A stretch of 64,000 nucleotides of DNA from Antedon mediterranea. Lineage: Eukaryota; Animalia; Echinodermata. Both the position numbers and the translations under genes were made by a program. The notes under the pieces are model-generated. The model saw only the letters and a list, made by a program, of their open reading frames with translations, was not told the origin of the DNA and ran no database searches. The stretch covers positions 3,596,001-3,660,000 of the forward strand of contig NC_092671.1 of the NCBI RefSeq assembly GCF_964355755.1, written 5' to 3'. Within the stretch, counting starts at the first letter, position 1. Each line of letters starts with the position of its first letter. Shown in pieces: positions 50,611 through 62,775 of the stretch.

Positions 50611-51628
50611 AAGAATGAACAGTTTTTGCAACAAGATTACGTCAAAGAAATCTTGAAAATGTTCAAAAAATTGTGAAATGAAGAGGTCTTCCAATAGACT
50701 AACATTCATCACACTGTGGCTAGTGCATACTCGCTCTAGTTTGTGTCGAATCTAATCAGGGATCTAAAAGTACCATTATGAATCCCATTCTGTAATCTGA
50801 AGTTTTGTGGAGGTCAGTATCATCCACAAAACAATATTCGAGACAGCTTGTACCGCCAATAATGTATGCACACTCTTCTTGGACCGTATGTCAACACTGT
50901 CTGCACAACTATACCACCAGTAACCCATATAGGCGGTAGTTCTATATTCGCGTTAGTGACGCCACAAACAAAGTTTTCAAACGGTAAACTAAACGCGGTA
51001 ACTAACTTTGAATACCGATCACTGACGGACAAGCTGTCTGAGACGGTTGATTTGAAGGAAATTATATAATTATGTTTATTTAAAGGGTTATCTATGTCAT
51101 TGTATGTCCGACATGTGGTAATTATTAGTGAAGCAGGTACTTCCTTTACGGATTACCTTGTTTCTTTTCACAGGGGAACTTAAAACAACACATTATCAAA
51201 TAATATACCATCTCTAAAAAAAATCTATATAAGGAACCACTGTCAGGTTTTTTATATTAAAGTTATTAGATCTGATTTTTTAAAGGATTACCGGTATTTG
51301 TTTTCACAGAGAACATCTTGTCCAGTCAAATACAAAATGTTAACGTATTGCATAACTTGTGCATTTCGTTAATGTTGGGTGGATGGTGGGGATACAACGA
51401 GTAGGCCACCATTGATCCTTTATATAACAACGATTGCTTGTTATACATTATAAGTGCATAACATTCGCCAATCCACCGGATACACAGCTTGCTATAATGC
51501 ATACCGTTATGTAATACGTTATGCTATAAATTAATCAAGCATGACGAAGAGTAACTAGCGCCATCTCAAAGATTTTCTAATATATTGCGTTGATAAATAC
51601 TATTATGTTTTCGTTTTCTTTCTTTTAG

Positions 51629-51759
51629 GTCTTGCATAGTTGACATGTGTGAATGCCCAAGAAATAAGATGTGTTCCTGCGAAGCTATTACTGCTTATTC
51701 CAGAGCGTGTGAACGCAAAGGAATTCAGGTTGGCTGGAGCCCTCAAGCTGAATGCGAAG
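51629..51759 (+). CDS. BMPER: BMPER exon 12 in window (C8 domain)
   Basis: cttttag acceptor, G|gtgagg donor; (R)[43 protein letters not shown]; 131 nt, phase 2 to 1. Confidence 0.94.
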
Positions 51760-54031
51760 GTGAGGCCTAGATCCATCATAACATTTCAAATAACACATTT
51801 ACCACGTGACCACCTGAATTTCGGAATTTCGATAATTTAGTTTCCCTTTATATTTTTTCTTACATAACCACCTATAATTTCCGTTCTGTTACATATCTCT
51901 CGCAGTAGCAATCTCTGTTTTACTAGGTCTACTTTTCCATCGAGGTGTATACGTGTAGACAAGCACACGTGTTTGTAAAGACGATTTGATACTGTCGTCC
52001 TGAATCCCTCTAGATCTAGGCCCCTGCTGTTTAAAATCTCACCGCGACAAATGATCGACGTGTGTAGTGTCAAACCATCTTTTTTTCCCCAGTCCCAGGG
52101 GTGTTAAATTCGCAATGTCATGGCCTACAGATTATGCATATTTTAAGTACAATATACACCTTTTAGGAAGCAGTTCATGGATCATTTCAACACTAATGTG
52201 TAATTAAACACTAAACTGACAAATTGTGATCATGTTTATTCAGTTAATACATTTAAGGTCATACTGTAGGTCACATTTAAAGTTTTTCACCTGCCAAAGA
52301 AAGAATTGAGACTTCTCTTAAACAGTACATTTTTACCAAATTTATATCTAAATTTGTAAAAATGTGGAAATTTGAACAATTCTGTTATTACAGTGTAGTT
52401 TTTCACCCGTATAAGATGTTGTTAACTAGGGTTAATCAAGACCCTATCAACAATATAATTTGTTTAATGAATTATATATTTTAATTCAATTGAATTCACA
52501 TTTATTTAATCTTCCGTTAATAATAAATTTACAGTATAAATGATGACTAAAAATCTTGGACTTGTAAAAACAGAATTCAAATTTTACAAAAAAAGAAAAA
52601 GAATATGAAGCTATAATTTAGGCCTATGAATGTACATTTTAGAATTGATGCAAACCATAAACAAAACGTCTTCAGAAAATACGTTTTAAGACTTCGGGGA
52701 ATTAACTATTTTAATATCAATGGCATTGTTCCAAACTTGTTGGTTTTGAGTAAGTGACATGAACTCTTTTGTAACCTCTCTATGGGGTTTGATCCAATAG
52801 TGTTTGAGTAAAAAAAAAAATCACTTGATAAAAAAGACAAGTTGAAGATTATTGTGAGGCGTGGATATTTTCCCCGTAGGAGTTTTCGGATCTTTGCTTA
52901 GAGCATGAAAACTACAAAACGTATTTTAGTAAGTTTAAATCTAACAAAGTTAGGAATGACGTATCGTTTAAGTATAAATTTGTTCAATCACGAAAAACCA
53001 TCTCGAATAGGTTACAAATTAACGTATAATACTAATGTTCTTTTTTAATTTTTAAAGATAACTTTTTTTTTCTATCATCATACAATATAGTTTAGAAAAA
53101 AATGTACTATATCTTTAAATTAAAAATTAAATTCTACTCAATTAATTAGGTTAGTTCCTGTCATTAAGTGTAATGGGGTCGAGAGACGGGACAATTTGCA
53201 TAATTCACACGTGTTTATCAACTTTACATACAATTTATCAAATTATAAAAGATTATTATAAATTATAATAAATGCTACAATATGTTTTATACCTATCCTC
53301 CCCATCTACAATTTTACACACAAGCGAAATAACTCAATTTATCACATTAGTGCTGTTGAGGAAAAGATATACACGACACATTGCAATGTAAATGAAAATG
53401 TGTTTATTTTCTATGTTAAATTAAATAATTGTATAGACACAGTCGTTAACAAAAACCAACCATTAACTCATGTATCTTCACTCGATAAGCTGAGTTGTGA
53501 TTTTCATGTTATTGTTAAGATTATATACATGAACCCAACTCAATATTAATACTTTGAACATTGTCATTATTAATATATAATACTTCGAACATTGTCATTA
53601 TTAATATACATTATATGTATTGACTCATCGCCCACTTCGGTTGATGCCTACGCCAGCCAACGTTATAATCTATGCTTCCTGTGATGTGCGTGTGTTAATA
53701 CACGAATGTTTTCAAGGCACGGGTGCCTAACTGGTTTCCACTCTTTACCTTGGTGTGAGGAGAATGGGGGAATTTTTGCTTACTTTTTCGCCGTGTCATC
53801 TGCTCTTTGAAGGGTCAGCGGAATCAATAATACATTATAATGTTAAAGTCTTGCCGTTAGATATGCAAGTCATAAACAATTTTGCAAACGTGTTTTTTCA
53901 ATAATAGCCGTGAGAGAATGTTCTTTAAAACTGTTAAAGAGTAAATTTGACACAGGTAATTCGCTATTAACCTTTGACCGACACATTGTCGTGATATCAG
54001 CATAAAAAGTATGTTTTTTTATATTTTGTAG

Positions 54032-54210
54032 CGCAAGTCTGTCCAGAGGGCGCTATGTTTGACGTATGCGGACCGGCGTGTGTAAAAAACTGCAGAAATC
54101 GTCACGATAAAAAAATGTGCGATAAACCGTGCGTTGCAGGCTGCCATTGCAAAGCCGGATACGTTATGTACAGAAGTCAGTGTATAAAAGAAAAGTATTG
54201 TCCATACTAA
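54032..54210 (+). CDS. BMPER: BMPER terminal coding exon (TIL domain, TAA stop)
   Basis: tttgtag acceptor; (A)QVCPEGAMFDVCGPACVKNCRNRHDKKMCDKPCVAGCHCKAGYVMYRSQCIKEKYCPY*; KPCVAGCHC recalled as identical in vertebrate BMPER; stop 54208-54210. Confidence 0.95.
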
Positions 54211-55850
54211 GGTAAAAGGGGAAGGCGCTGAGACCAAGTACCAATCCGTGAGGGAGGCATCATACTCTTAGTCAAAGACCCGTACCGTGACGAACTATCG
54301 GACTAAATTAGATATAATACATTTTGGCATTTATACAAATTGCAAAACTCCTGGGACCAATTAACTACTGAAAATGTTCGAGGGTTCACGCACTACTGAT
54401 TCATTGATAATGCTAGGATGTTTGCTTGATCTGAATTTGATTTTTAGAATTTCAAATACAGTGACCCTGTTTCTGCAGGGAGTGCACCCCTATACGATAG
54501 TGATTCAGCATCATTGATATGAATTTGAAAATGTTATGTTTAGTCGTGCAACCCTCGGATATTGACTAATGTTTTATACATTTTGGACAATAGGAACATT
54601 CACGTGCAGATAGCTTTTGTCTTCCTGTTATCACTTATGTAGTCGCATTGTGTGACTTATATGATGCTAAACCTACGTTCCCACTGAACCCGGATTCCGG
54701 TGGCCAAAAAAGGGCGTTATCGTTCACATGAACACATTCTAAATAAAGTACAAAACGTAAGTAAGTACGTAATGTAGCCCATAGACCGTGTGAATGCGGG
54801 TTCAGTATGAACAGAAGTAACTTCGTACTACTGCCTGTGATACATGAGTGTTACAAACAGTACTTAAAATTCGTACAATTTGGCAATGACGTCACTCTAT
54901 GCTAAAAATAAATGATAAATAATGCTTGAGCTTTTTTACGAGAATTCAATATTAGTGATTGCCAGGGTTTTTATTATTAAAATATGATATTGTTTATAAT
55001 GAAAATTGTACAAAGAAATATTTTGATATTGTATTTCATCAACTTTATGTTGGGTTTAAAGTAGTCTACTAAACATTATATCCAGCCAAAGTTTGTTTAA
55101 CGAAATGCAATTACAGTATTTATCTAAAATCATATTACAAGTTATATATAACAAGTTAGTAGTGATGGGTAGATATTTTACCCGATACAAGAGCAGTATC
55201 ATGTTTAGTGGCGATAAACATTCTGCAGTATCGAGTTTTCTGACAGCAATCTTTATCCCATATGTGATACTATATAATGTAAGTGAGAGATTATTTAGAG
55301 GGTTAGGTTAAGTTAATATTTAAGATTTAAGTACTATGGCAGTGCCTGTTGCCGTCAATAGACACGGTACTGCAGTATGTTAATTGTCACAAGACATGAT
55401 ACCGTACGAGAATCGGCTTGTATAGCAAATTATGTATAGCAAACATCTTATTTATTGATTGACATGAGCGAGTCTGAAGGTGGATTATATAAGTGACTTG
55501 GAGAGAGAAATTGTTCAATAATTTTTACAACAGTAACAAATTTCTTTTGTTGTTAGAGGTAAGTTCTTCATGAATTGATGAAATTGTGTAATTTTATACT
55601 GATCAAATTCACTCGAAGTGTACATTTTATAAAATGAGTGATATAAATATGTATTATTGTAAGATATATTAATATTCTGATTATGTGATTTAGTATAAAA
55701 ATACATGATACATTTATTTAACTTATTAATTTCATAAAAAAAGTCACGTTAATTCATTATCAAACATTTGCTGGAGTATCGGCTGCTCGAGAAAATGTCT
55801 GGCGAAGGTATATTTTATAATAAATTTAACTTTAAATTGAAAAGATTGTT
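54211..55850 (+). other. Putative BMPER 3' UTR with candidate polyadenylation signals
   Basis: AATAAA at 54742, 54907 and 55819, the last followed by a T-rich stretch; true end cannot be fixed from sequence. Confidence 0.35.
54671..54818. mobile_element. Degenerate Harbinger-like MITE in putative BMPER 3' UTR
   Basis: CTACGTTCCCACTGAACCCGGATTC ... GAATGCGGGTTCAGTATGAACAGAAG imperfect inverted repeats, TAA near both ends. Confidence 0.6.
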
Positions 55851-56015
55851 TTATTATTTTATTTGTGGTAGCCGTAATTACTGAGCCTTGAGTTGCGCAG
55901 AGTTAAGCTGCACTGCCAACAAGGACGACGCGACCGTATCGTCAACGGCAAGTGTGCGTCCACGTAACGCAGTAAATTCGAACACAAGAGACGGATTATC
56001 TGAATATGTGATTTG

Positions 56016-56182
56016 TGATTGTCGAAAGCCCGAAACATTCCACCAATGATCATTGACTGCCCGAAACATTCCACCAATGATCGTTGACTACCCGAAACAT
56101 TCCACCAATGATCGTTGACTACCCAAAACATTCCACCAATGATTGTCGACTGCCCGAAACACGTCACCAGTGATTGTCGACT
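56016..56182. repeat. 31-bp minisatellite x5
   Basis: CCCGAAACATTCCACCAATGATCGTTGACT(A/G) at 56029, 56060, 56091, 56122, 56153. Confidence 0.95.
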
Positions 56183-57236
56183 GATGTCCGAAGCAGGCCT
56201 ACACATGGAGAAGAGCAAGAATGCGGACATTTTAGTAAGCCTAAATATCATTCCCATGGCCAAGCGCACGTTATAGAACTTCTTTAAGCCTAATTTAAAG
56301 CCTAGTTGTCCTAGAAAGACCATTTTTCTGGGTCAACACCAAAGTCAGAGATCAAATGGGATTAGGAAACAAAAGGGGCGCCCAACAGCTTCAAGCAACC
56401 TTAACATGGTCAACCTTTATTTATTGTTACCTTTGTGCTTTATTATTATCAGGGTGTTTAGTTATTATTTGCTAAAATGTCAAGGTGTAAACAAATTGGC
56501 AGCCTTTACTGAATATACAATGGAGCTTAATGCTGATATTAGTTATAATTGTGTTAACAGATTATTAAACCTTGGCGTCTAGTAATTGTTCAAGTCACTA
56601 AATTCAAATGGCAAACAATTGATAGAATATTTCCTAGATGAATACTACAAACAATGTAATTATACACAGTTAATTGGACCTAACTGTTTATAGAGTAGGC
56701 CTAACCCATATAAGTACTCTTGAAATGAAGTTAAAATGAATCAATGACTTAAACTGAGAACAAGTGTGTATTAATGAATAACAAACAGTGTAAACGTAGT
56801 AAATGTGTAGTTGATTATATGTTTAACATCTGGTTAAATTAAAAGCGAAACTATTAGTAAAAATTGAAAAGCAAATCATGAACATGAGTCACATTTTGGT
56901 GGCAGGCCATGACATTTGATTAAACCCCTCCACTGTTTGCTTACCTTGAGGGGCGGAAACGCGTTTTAATCGGGGGACTCTCCGTCGCCCATCTCCCATA
57001 ATGAACTCTGTCACAGTATTGTGCTGTTTACTCACAAAATCCTATTACATCTACCCATGAATACGTAACCGTTTTTTATTGCAATTGGTTGTACACATTA
57101 TGTGTGCTATGCCTGCGTTAAGTCTTAGGTAAACACGAACTTACCCGGGTAAGTTAGTGTTTACCCGGGTAAGTTAAAAGCCAAAGCCAAAGTTACCGAT
57201 AACAACTGAAACCAAAAGTGCATAGGAGTTTGATTT

Positions 57237-57572
57237 TTTATGAATATTAAATAGACATTTTAAAAAAGGCATACCGGATGTATTTAATTCATGCAGTTTG
57301 ACAGTACTTCACCATAGATTTAACTTGTGTCTGATACTAAATAAAAAATCAAATTAAGCTGACTATGAAATAATAACATTATTGCGTGTTGTAAAGTACA
57401 TTTAGCAGTTTTATTGTTTATGAATATTAAATAGGCATTACAAAAAGACATACCGGATGTATTTAATTCGTGAAGTTTGACAGTACATCACTATAGATTT
57501 TAAATTGTGCCTGATACTTAATGCTAAACAAAAAATCAAATTAAGCTGACTATAAAATAATAACATTGCGTG
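57237..57572. repeat. About 180-bp tandem duplication
   Basis: TTTATGAATATTAAATAG..CATACCGGATGTATTTAATTC..AAATCAAATTAAGCTGACTAT at about 57237 and 57417. Confidence 0.9.
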
Positions 57573-59759
57573 CTGAGGGTAAGCCTTGATTAACTTGTTT
57601 AATGTACTCCAGCATGATGGAGCTTCAATAATGTTCAATATGTCACATGTTAAATGTTCCACAACTGTCTTCCACTGTCGAGGTTTTTTTTAAATAGAAA
57701 TATTTAATCATTGTAAATGGGCGTAAGGATATTTGTTATGATCTGATTGATTTGCTTTTTTGGTGATTATGTCACATATTTATCCCATATTAAACAAAAT
57801 ATGTCCGCTATACTTGAAAAAGAAACTTGGTAAAAACGTTTCAGTTTATAAGTTCGGTAGAACCATTAAGGGGACATCTTTGGGACCCATCAACGTTTCA
57901 TTAATATTAATGACCTTTAAATAATGATTGACCTTAGGATAAGGGAAATATTGTAATCATCTTTGTTGTTTTATTTCTCAAATTTACATAATAAAGTCAT
58001 AACTTAGGAGGACAAGACAAAACAAAAGAGGTTGTCGAGTTTTGGCCTTTAAAATAAATAAGACTAGAACGTATATCATTTCTGACAGTGATGCTAAGCC
58101 GAAACTTTTGATTCAATGCTCTATTATTAACGGTATTCCAAAACCTGCTTGTTACGACGTCTGCGCAATATTACGTAACACATCGTCTATGACAACAACG
58201 TTGTATTTAAGCAGGCAGTTAACGTTTGGCTAAATACATCATTGCTGTATGCACTGTAGGAAGCGTATCAAGAAGGTAATAGAGGCGTCAGTGGGTATGT
58301 ATTGCAATACTTGACATCGATAGAATCTAAAATAATACAAAAAACATTATAACTTATATACAATTTTTCTTTGACAATATCTATTTTGAGATACAGAAAA
58401 ATACGGTACGCAGTGTTACGTTCTTAAGCTAAAGCAAGTCACCATGTGGCGTAACACGACCGGGTTACGAGCAGGTTTGTTGCTGTTACGTTCGACGTTG
58501 ATTAGAATTCTCTTCGATAATCTTGGCTGATGGTAATTTGTATATTATTCTGTAGACTGTGCAAACGGTAGGCATACGGACGTGTGATCGGTTGATTGCC
58601 TTGGTTTTAACGGCCACATTGGTTCGGTAATAACGGTGATATAGGTTGGTATACGCTGCCTCCATACAGGCGCGGGTCAACGAATGTAACGTGTGAGAGG
58701 CATACCATAACTACGAATAAGCCGACCTAAAAATATCAGTATTAATAAAACACTAATAATAACACCATATAGGCGTATCGTATTATGATAGGATAAACAC
58801 ATTCCAGATGTGGCGTGGACGTGGACGATTCACCCTCTTCCCATCGCAGGATCCTTTCCTGGAATATTCAGTTGTAATGTCATAATTAATAATTTCATGT
58901 CTTTGTCTCTTCTTCATCTTCATAGGAAGATACCAATAATGCACTTTTAACAATCCAATTAAATTTGTGTATATTTATTTTACATGTTTTAGGTCGAAAT
59001 AACGGTGACAAATTCACTGTTTCTTAGGTCTATTTTAATAGATTTAGACACAATACTTATGGTCTAGCTGAGGTCACTTAATGCGAGTGTCTTATCTTGC
59101 GGATGAATGTGAGATTCTCAGAACTGGCATGCGTGAAGAAACATAGTAAGACCTAGCATGTTATGCGTTGAAGCCAACTACGTGTCAATTTTGGTAACTC
59201 AGCATAAACAAAAACCTACAAGGACTCTCTGAAAATCAGGAAAACCAGACTTTCTTGAGGACCAAATTCCTTTAACCATTAAAAACACATTCTGAATACC
59301 AGACTTTCCCGAAAACCAGACATAGGCCTATATGTGGCCAGCCCGAATGTGTCCGGTACTAGGAGATCGGACTGTATAAGATTTACAAAGTCAAAGAGGA
59401 GGCTTCTTGTGATCTTTTGAACATATAAACTACAAATGAAACAATAAACAAACAAAATCTACAACCCATTATTAATATCTATATCTATTTTAATTTTTAT
59501 TTTTTTTATTTTATTTTTTATAAAACACCAACAATCAGCAACTTGTTGACATTAGGTCCTATACTAATTATTAATTGTTTATGTTTAGTCAATTGTATTA
59601 CATTTTTACTGTAACAATCATTTATAAATTCTATATTGTATTTCATTACGACAACTTTCTCTTAAATTCATTCGTACCATTTAATCCAGTCAAGTTTTTT
59701 TGAAGTACGCCCTCAAACGCTTACTAACTTTAATTGATAAAACTCGAGTTTCTAATCAT

Positions 59760-60000
59760 CTAATCTACTCTATTCTATACACGTTTTTATATGGCGCCCT
59801 ACAAAGAACAGAGCGCCTAACAATACTTAGTAATTAATTAAAAAGAAAAGTTTTAAGTTGACGTTTAAATATTGGTTCGGCAACTAAATTTTAGTTTCCG
59901 AATTCGCTCCTCTCAAATTGACAGCCTTCAAGATCCGCGGAGCGTTGACAAGAAAAGCATTGTCACCAGCTTTCCGATTAGATCATAAATCATAATCTAA
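59760..60000 (-). mobile_element. L2-clade LINE 3' fragment
   Basis: Minus KAGDNAFLVNAPR and IFKRQLKTFLF; 3' stem GGCGC..GCGCC followed by ATATAAA. Confidence 0.7.
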
Positions 60001-61024
60001 CGAAAAAATATAATAAAACATGTTATATTTGGAAATTACATAATTAAATAGAAGAAGAACATTTGCTATTGATCATTTCATAACTGATGGTGATTAAAGG
60101 CTTCTTAAAGAAATAAGAGGTAATTTAACGCTACACCCCCACCCACCCTCATATCGATTGGCGCCGCGCGCATAGGCGTTGTGAAAACGAAACATTGCCG
60201 TTCGATTCACCGGACCAAACAAGTGTGAAAGACCCTTTATGCCTACTCATAACTTGGAGGTTAAACGAACTTGGCATTATAAGATCTACTAGTACCAGAC
60301 TAAAATAACAAACTGATAATCATTTAGTTAAATAAATCAAATGAAATTGTTATTTCTAAACAGGAAAGAGTGAAATGTACCCCTCGCAAACAAGTAAAAC
60401 AGTTAAACGATTTCAAACGATATATACCAGATAAGAACAATTAACTCGTTTAGTGATAAATTAACGCATTACTTGATAAAACAACATAAATTGAAACATA
60501 CGATGATAGTCAACATTAATTAGTTGATGGTACAGATACGTAATTAATAAAATTGCTAATAAGCGATAATAAGCGATATGTCCTTGACGTTCGTTGAAAC
60601 CGATACAGCGACCTCAATTAGTAGTAGAAGCAAGAGGTACTTTGGCACGGATTTAAAACAGTGTTGACTTGTTTTAGTTAACATCAACATGGATTGATTA
60701 AATTGAAATGAATGGTTCGATGTTATGTTTTCCAGACTGTGTCCACCAAAAATAGGAACAATGTAGGCATATTCTTCCCACTATCCAATGGTCAATGACT
60801 GTACTAAAGTAGTCGGCCTGTAGTTTTAAGGGACCATCCACCCACCCCGGACACAATTGGACCCAAAAATATCAAGTATCAAGGGGCTGGTCATAATGTT
60901 AAACATTACCCTTCCTTCGTTTCCCTCAATCGGGGTGTTACATGAATAAGGGCGTTCAAAAGAAAGGTTTAAAATAATATAGGCCTAAACCTCAATTCAG
61001 TTTCAGAATATCAGATGTGCATGA

Positions 61025-61121
61025 GTATTCCCATTGTCGTTTGGAACTGAGGGCGGAAATTTGAATAATATATTATATTATTCAAATTTCCGCCCTCAAT
61101 TCTAAACGACAATGGGAATAC
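61025..61121. repeat. 97-bp near-perfect palindrome
   Basis: 48-bp arms GTATTCCCATTGTCGTTT(G/A)GAA(C/T)TGAGGGCGGAAATTTGAATAATATA with 2 mismatches and a 1-nt spacer. Confidence 0.95.
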
Positions 61122-62506
61122 GTAATTTAATAATCAAACGTTTATAAATAAAAACAAATAAAAAGTAAAAGTAAACCCTACTTGTCAGTTTCCATCATAT
61201 TCTTTCAGTAGCTTAAAAAAGTTATTTTTAAATTGATAATGCATTTTTGTATTTTGTACTGTTACGCTATGGCTCACACTTTGCTCTTAATTCGTTAGCA
61301 AGTGCTCTTATAAAACAAAGAGATCTTAGGACCCAGTCCTGTCCAGGCTGATTTATCCGGGTACATTTGCTAAATTTGGTGGGCAATAGAAACCAACTTA
61401 ATCCAGTAAAATCCCGGTTCGCGCCTTTTATTTCTAACAGTATATAAGCTGTGATCTAACTCTTCCCTGATATAAGATGCGAATTTTAAAAATCGTCATG
61501 TTATAATGATTGTTGTTTCCGGATTAATAATCCTTAAGATCTTTCTACACTATCAAACTTTATGTGACCAAAAAATGTAATGTGCCCATATTGGACATAT
61601 CAATACCATGTTTCGATTTGTTTCACAAGAAAGTGTTCCCTTTTGGACGTGTCCCTTGAATATTGCATTAATTTTTAAATTTGATAATTATTATTGTATT
61701 ATAATTGATTTATACATTTAAATAAATAGTAAATGATAGTAACCGTATCCATGGTTTTGAAATTAAACATTGAAATTGAGGGAGGGCTTAAACATTGTAA
61801 AATGAAATCCCTGAACTTAAACCTATGTTCTGACTTATAGTATACGGTAATATTGTTAAACGTTAACATTAATTTTACACGCATTTTATGTCAGGTAAAA
61901 AATCAATTTATTTTATTGAGGAGTACAAAAAGTAATTGTTATAAACTTAAAATAAATATTTAAAATAATGATTGATTTTAATTATTATTATTTATACAGT
62001 AAACTCGCATTGGTAACTGTAGTCGTATGTGTTCACGAGTTTCTTTATGTGTCGTGTTACCCAATTAAATACAATTATCGATATTACATTGAATGTAAAT
62101 CCTACACCATGCAGATGTCTTATGGAATTATGTACATCGATAATACAAGAACACATGTTATGAATATGAAATATTTGACCCAGGGTCAAGATAGAAAAGT
62201 CGATGACCGCAAAGACTGATGAATGAATATTATATTGCATACCGCTAACATAACATAATATTTGTTTTTCTAAAATAATGTTGTCTTCATATAATTTTCC
62301 AAAGAAGTTCTATACTCATGTATACCTCACAAGCCAAAAGTTCCAGTTTACAAGAACTAACAGAATTTGTAAAACCAAATACAAAACAGTTATTACGGTT
62401 ACAGAGGTTACAAAGTTTCTTTGGCATTTTATTATTATTGTATGAATGAAACATTTGAAATACAGTATGTTTACAATGATAGTTATTCTCACTAAATGTA
62501 CAGTAA

Positions 62507-62775
62507 AGCCTGGTTTCCATAAAATCGCTACACCGTTTCTATTGAAATCGCTACACGCGCAGATGTCGCCGACGCGCATCGGGAAGGTCTCCCCGATTCA
62601 TCGCAGACAAATCGGCAAACTTCAACCATGTTCAACTTTGCCGATTTTGTCGGCGATGAATCGTATACGCGTACCAAAGAATATTTAGCGCTCGCGTACT
62701 AGATCCCCGATAAATTCTAGCGTTTCCGTAGAATCGCTACGCTCTGTCGTGTAGCGATTTTATGGAAACCAGGCT
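62507..62775. mobile_element. Young PIF/Harbinger-type MITE, 269 bp
   Basis: Perfect TIR AGCCTGGTTTCCATAAAATCGCTACAC ... GTGTAGCGATTTTATGGAAACCAGGCT; TAA duplication at 62504-06 and 62776-78; nested internal inverted repeats. Confidence 0.92.

Noticed and set aside
55859-56323. 154-aa minus-strand ORF
   Set aside because: Openness derives from the 31-bp repeat and GC-rich sequence; no domain recognised
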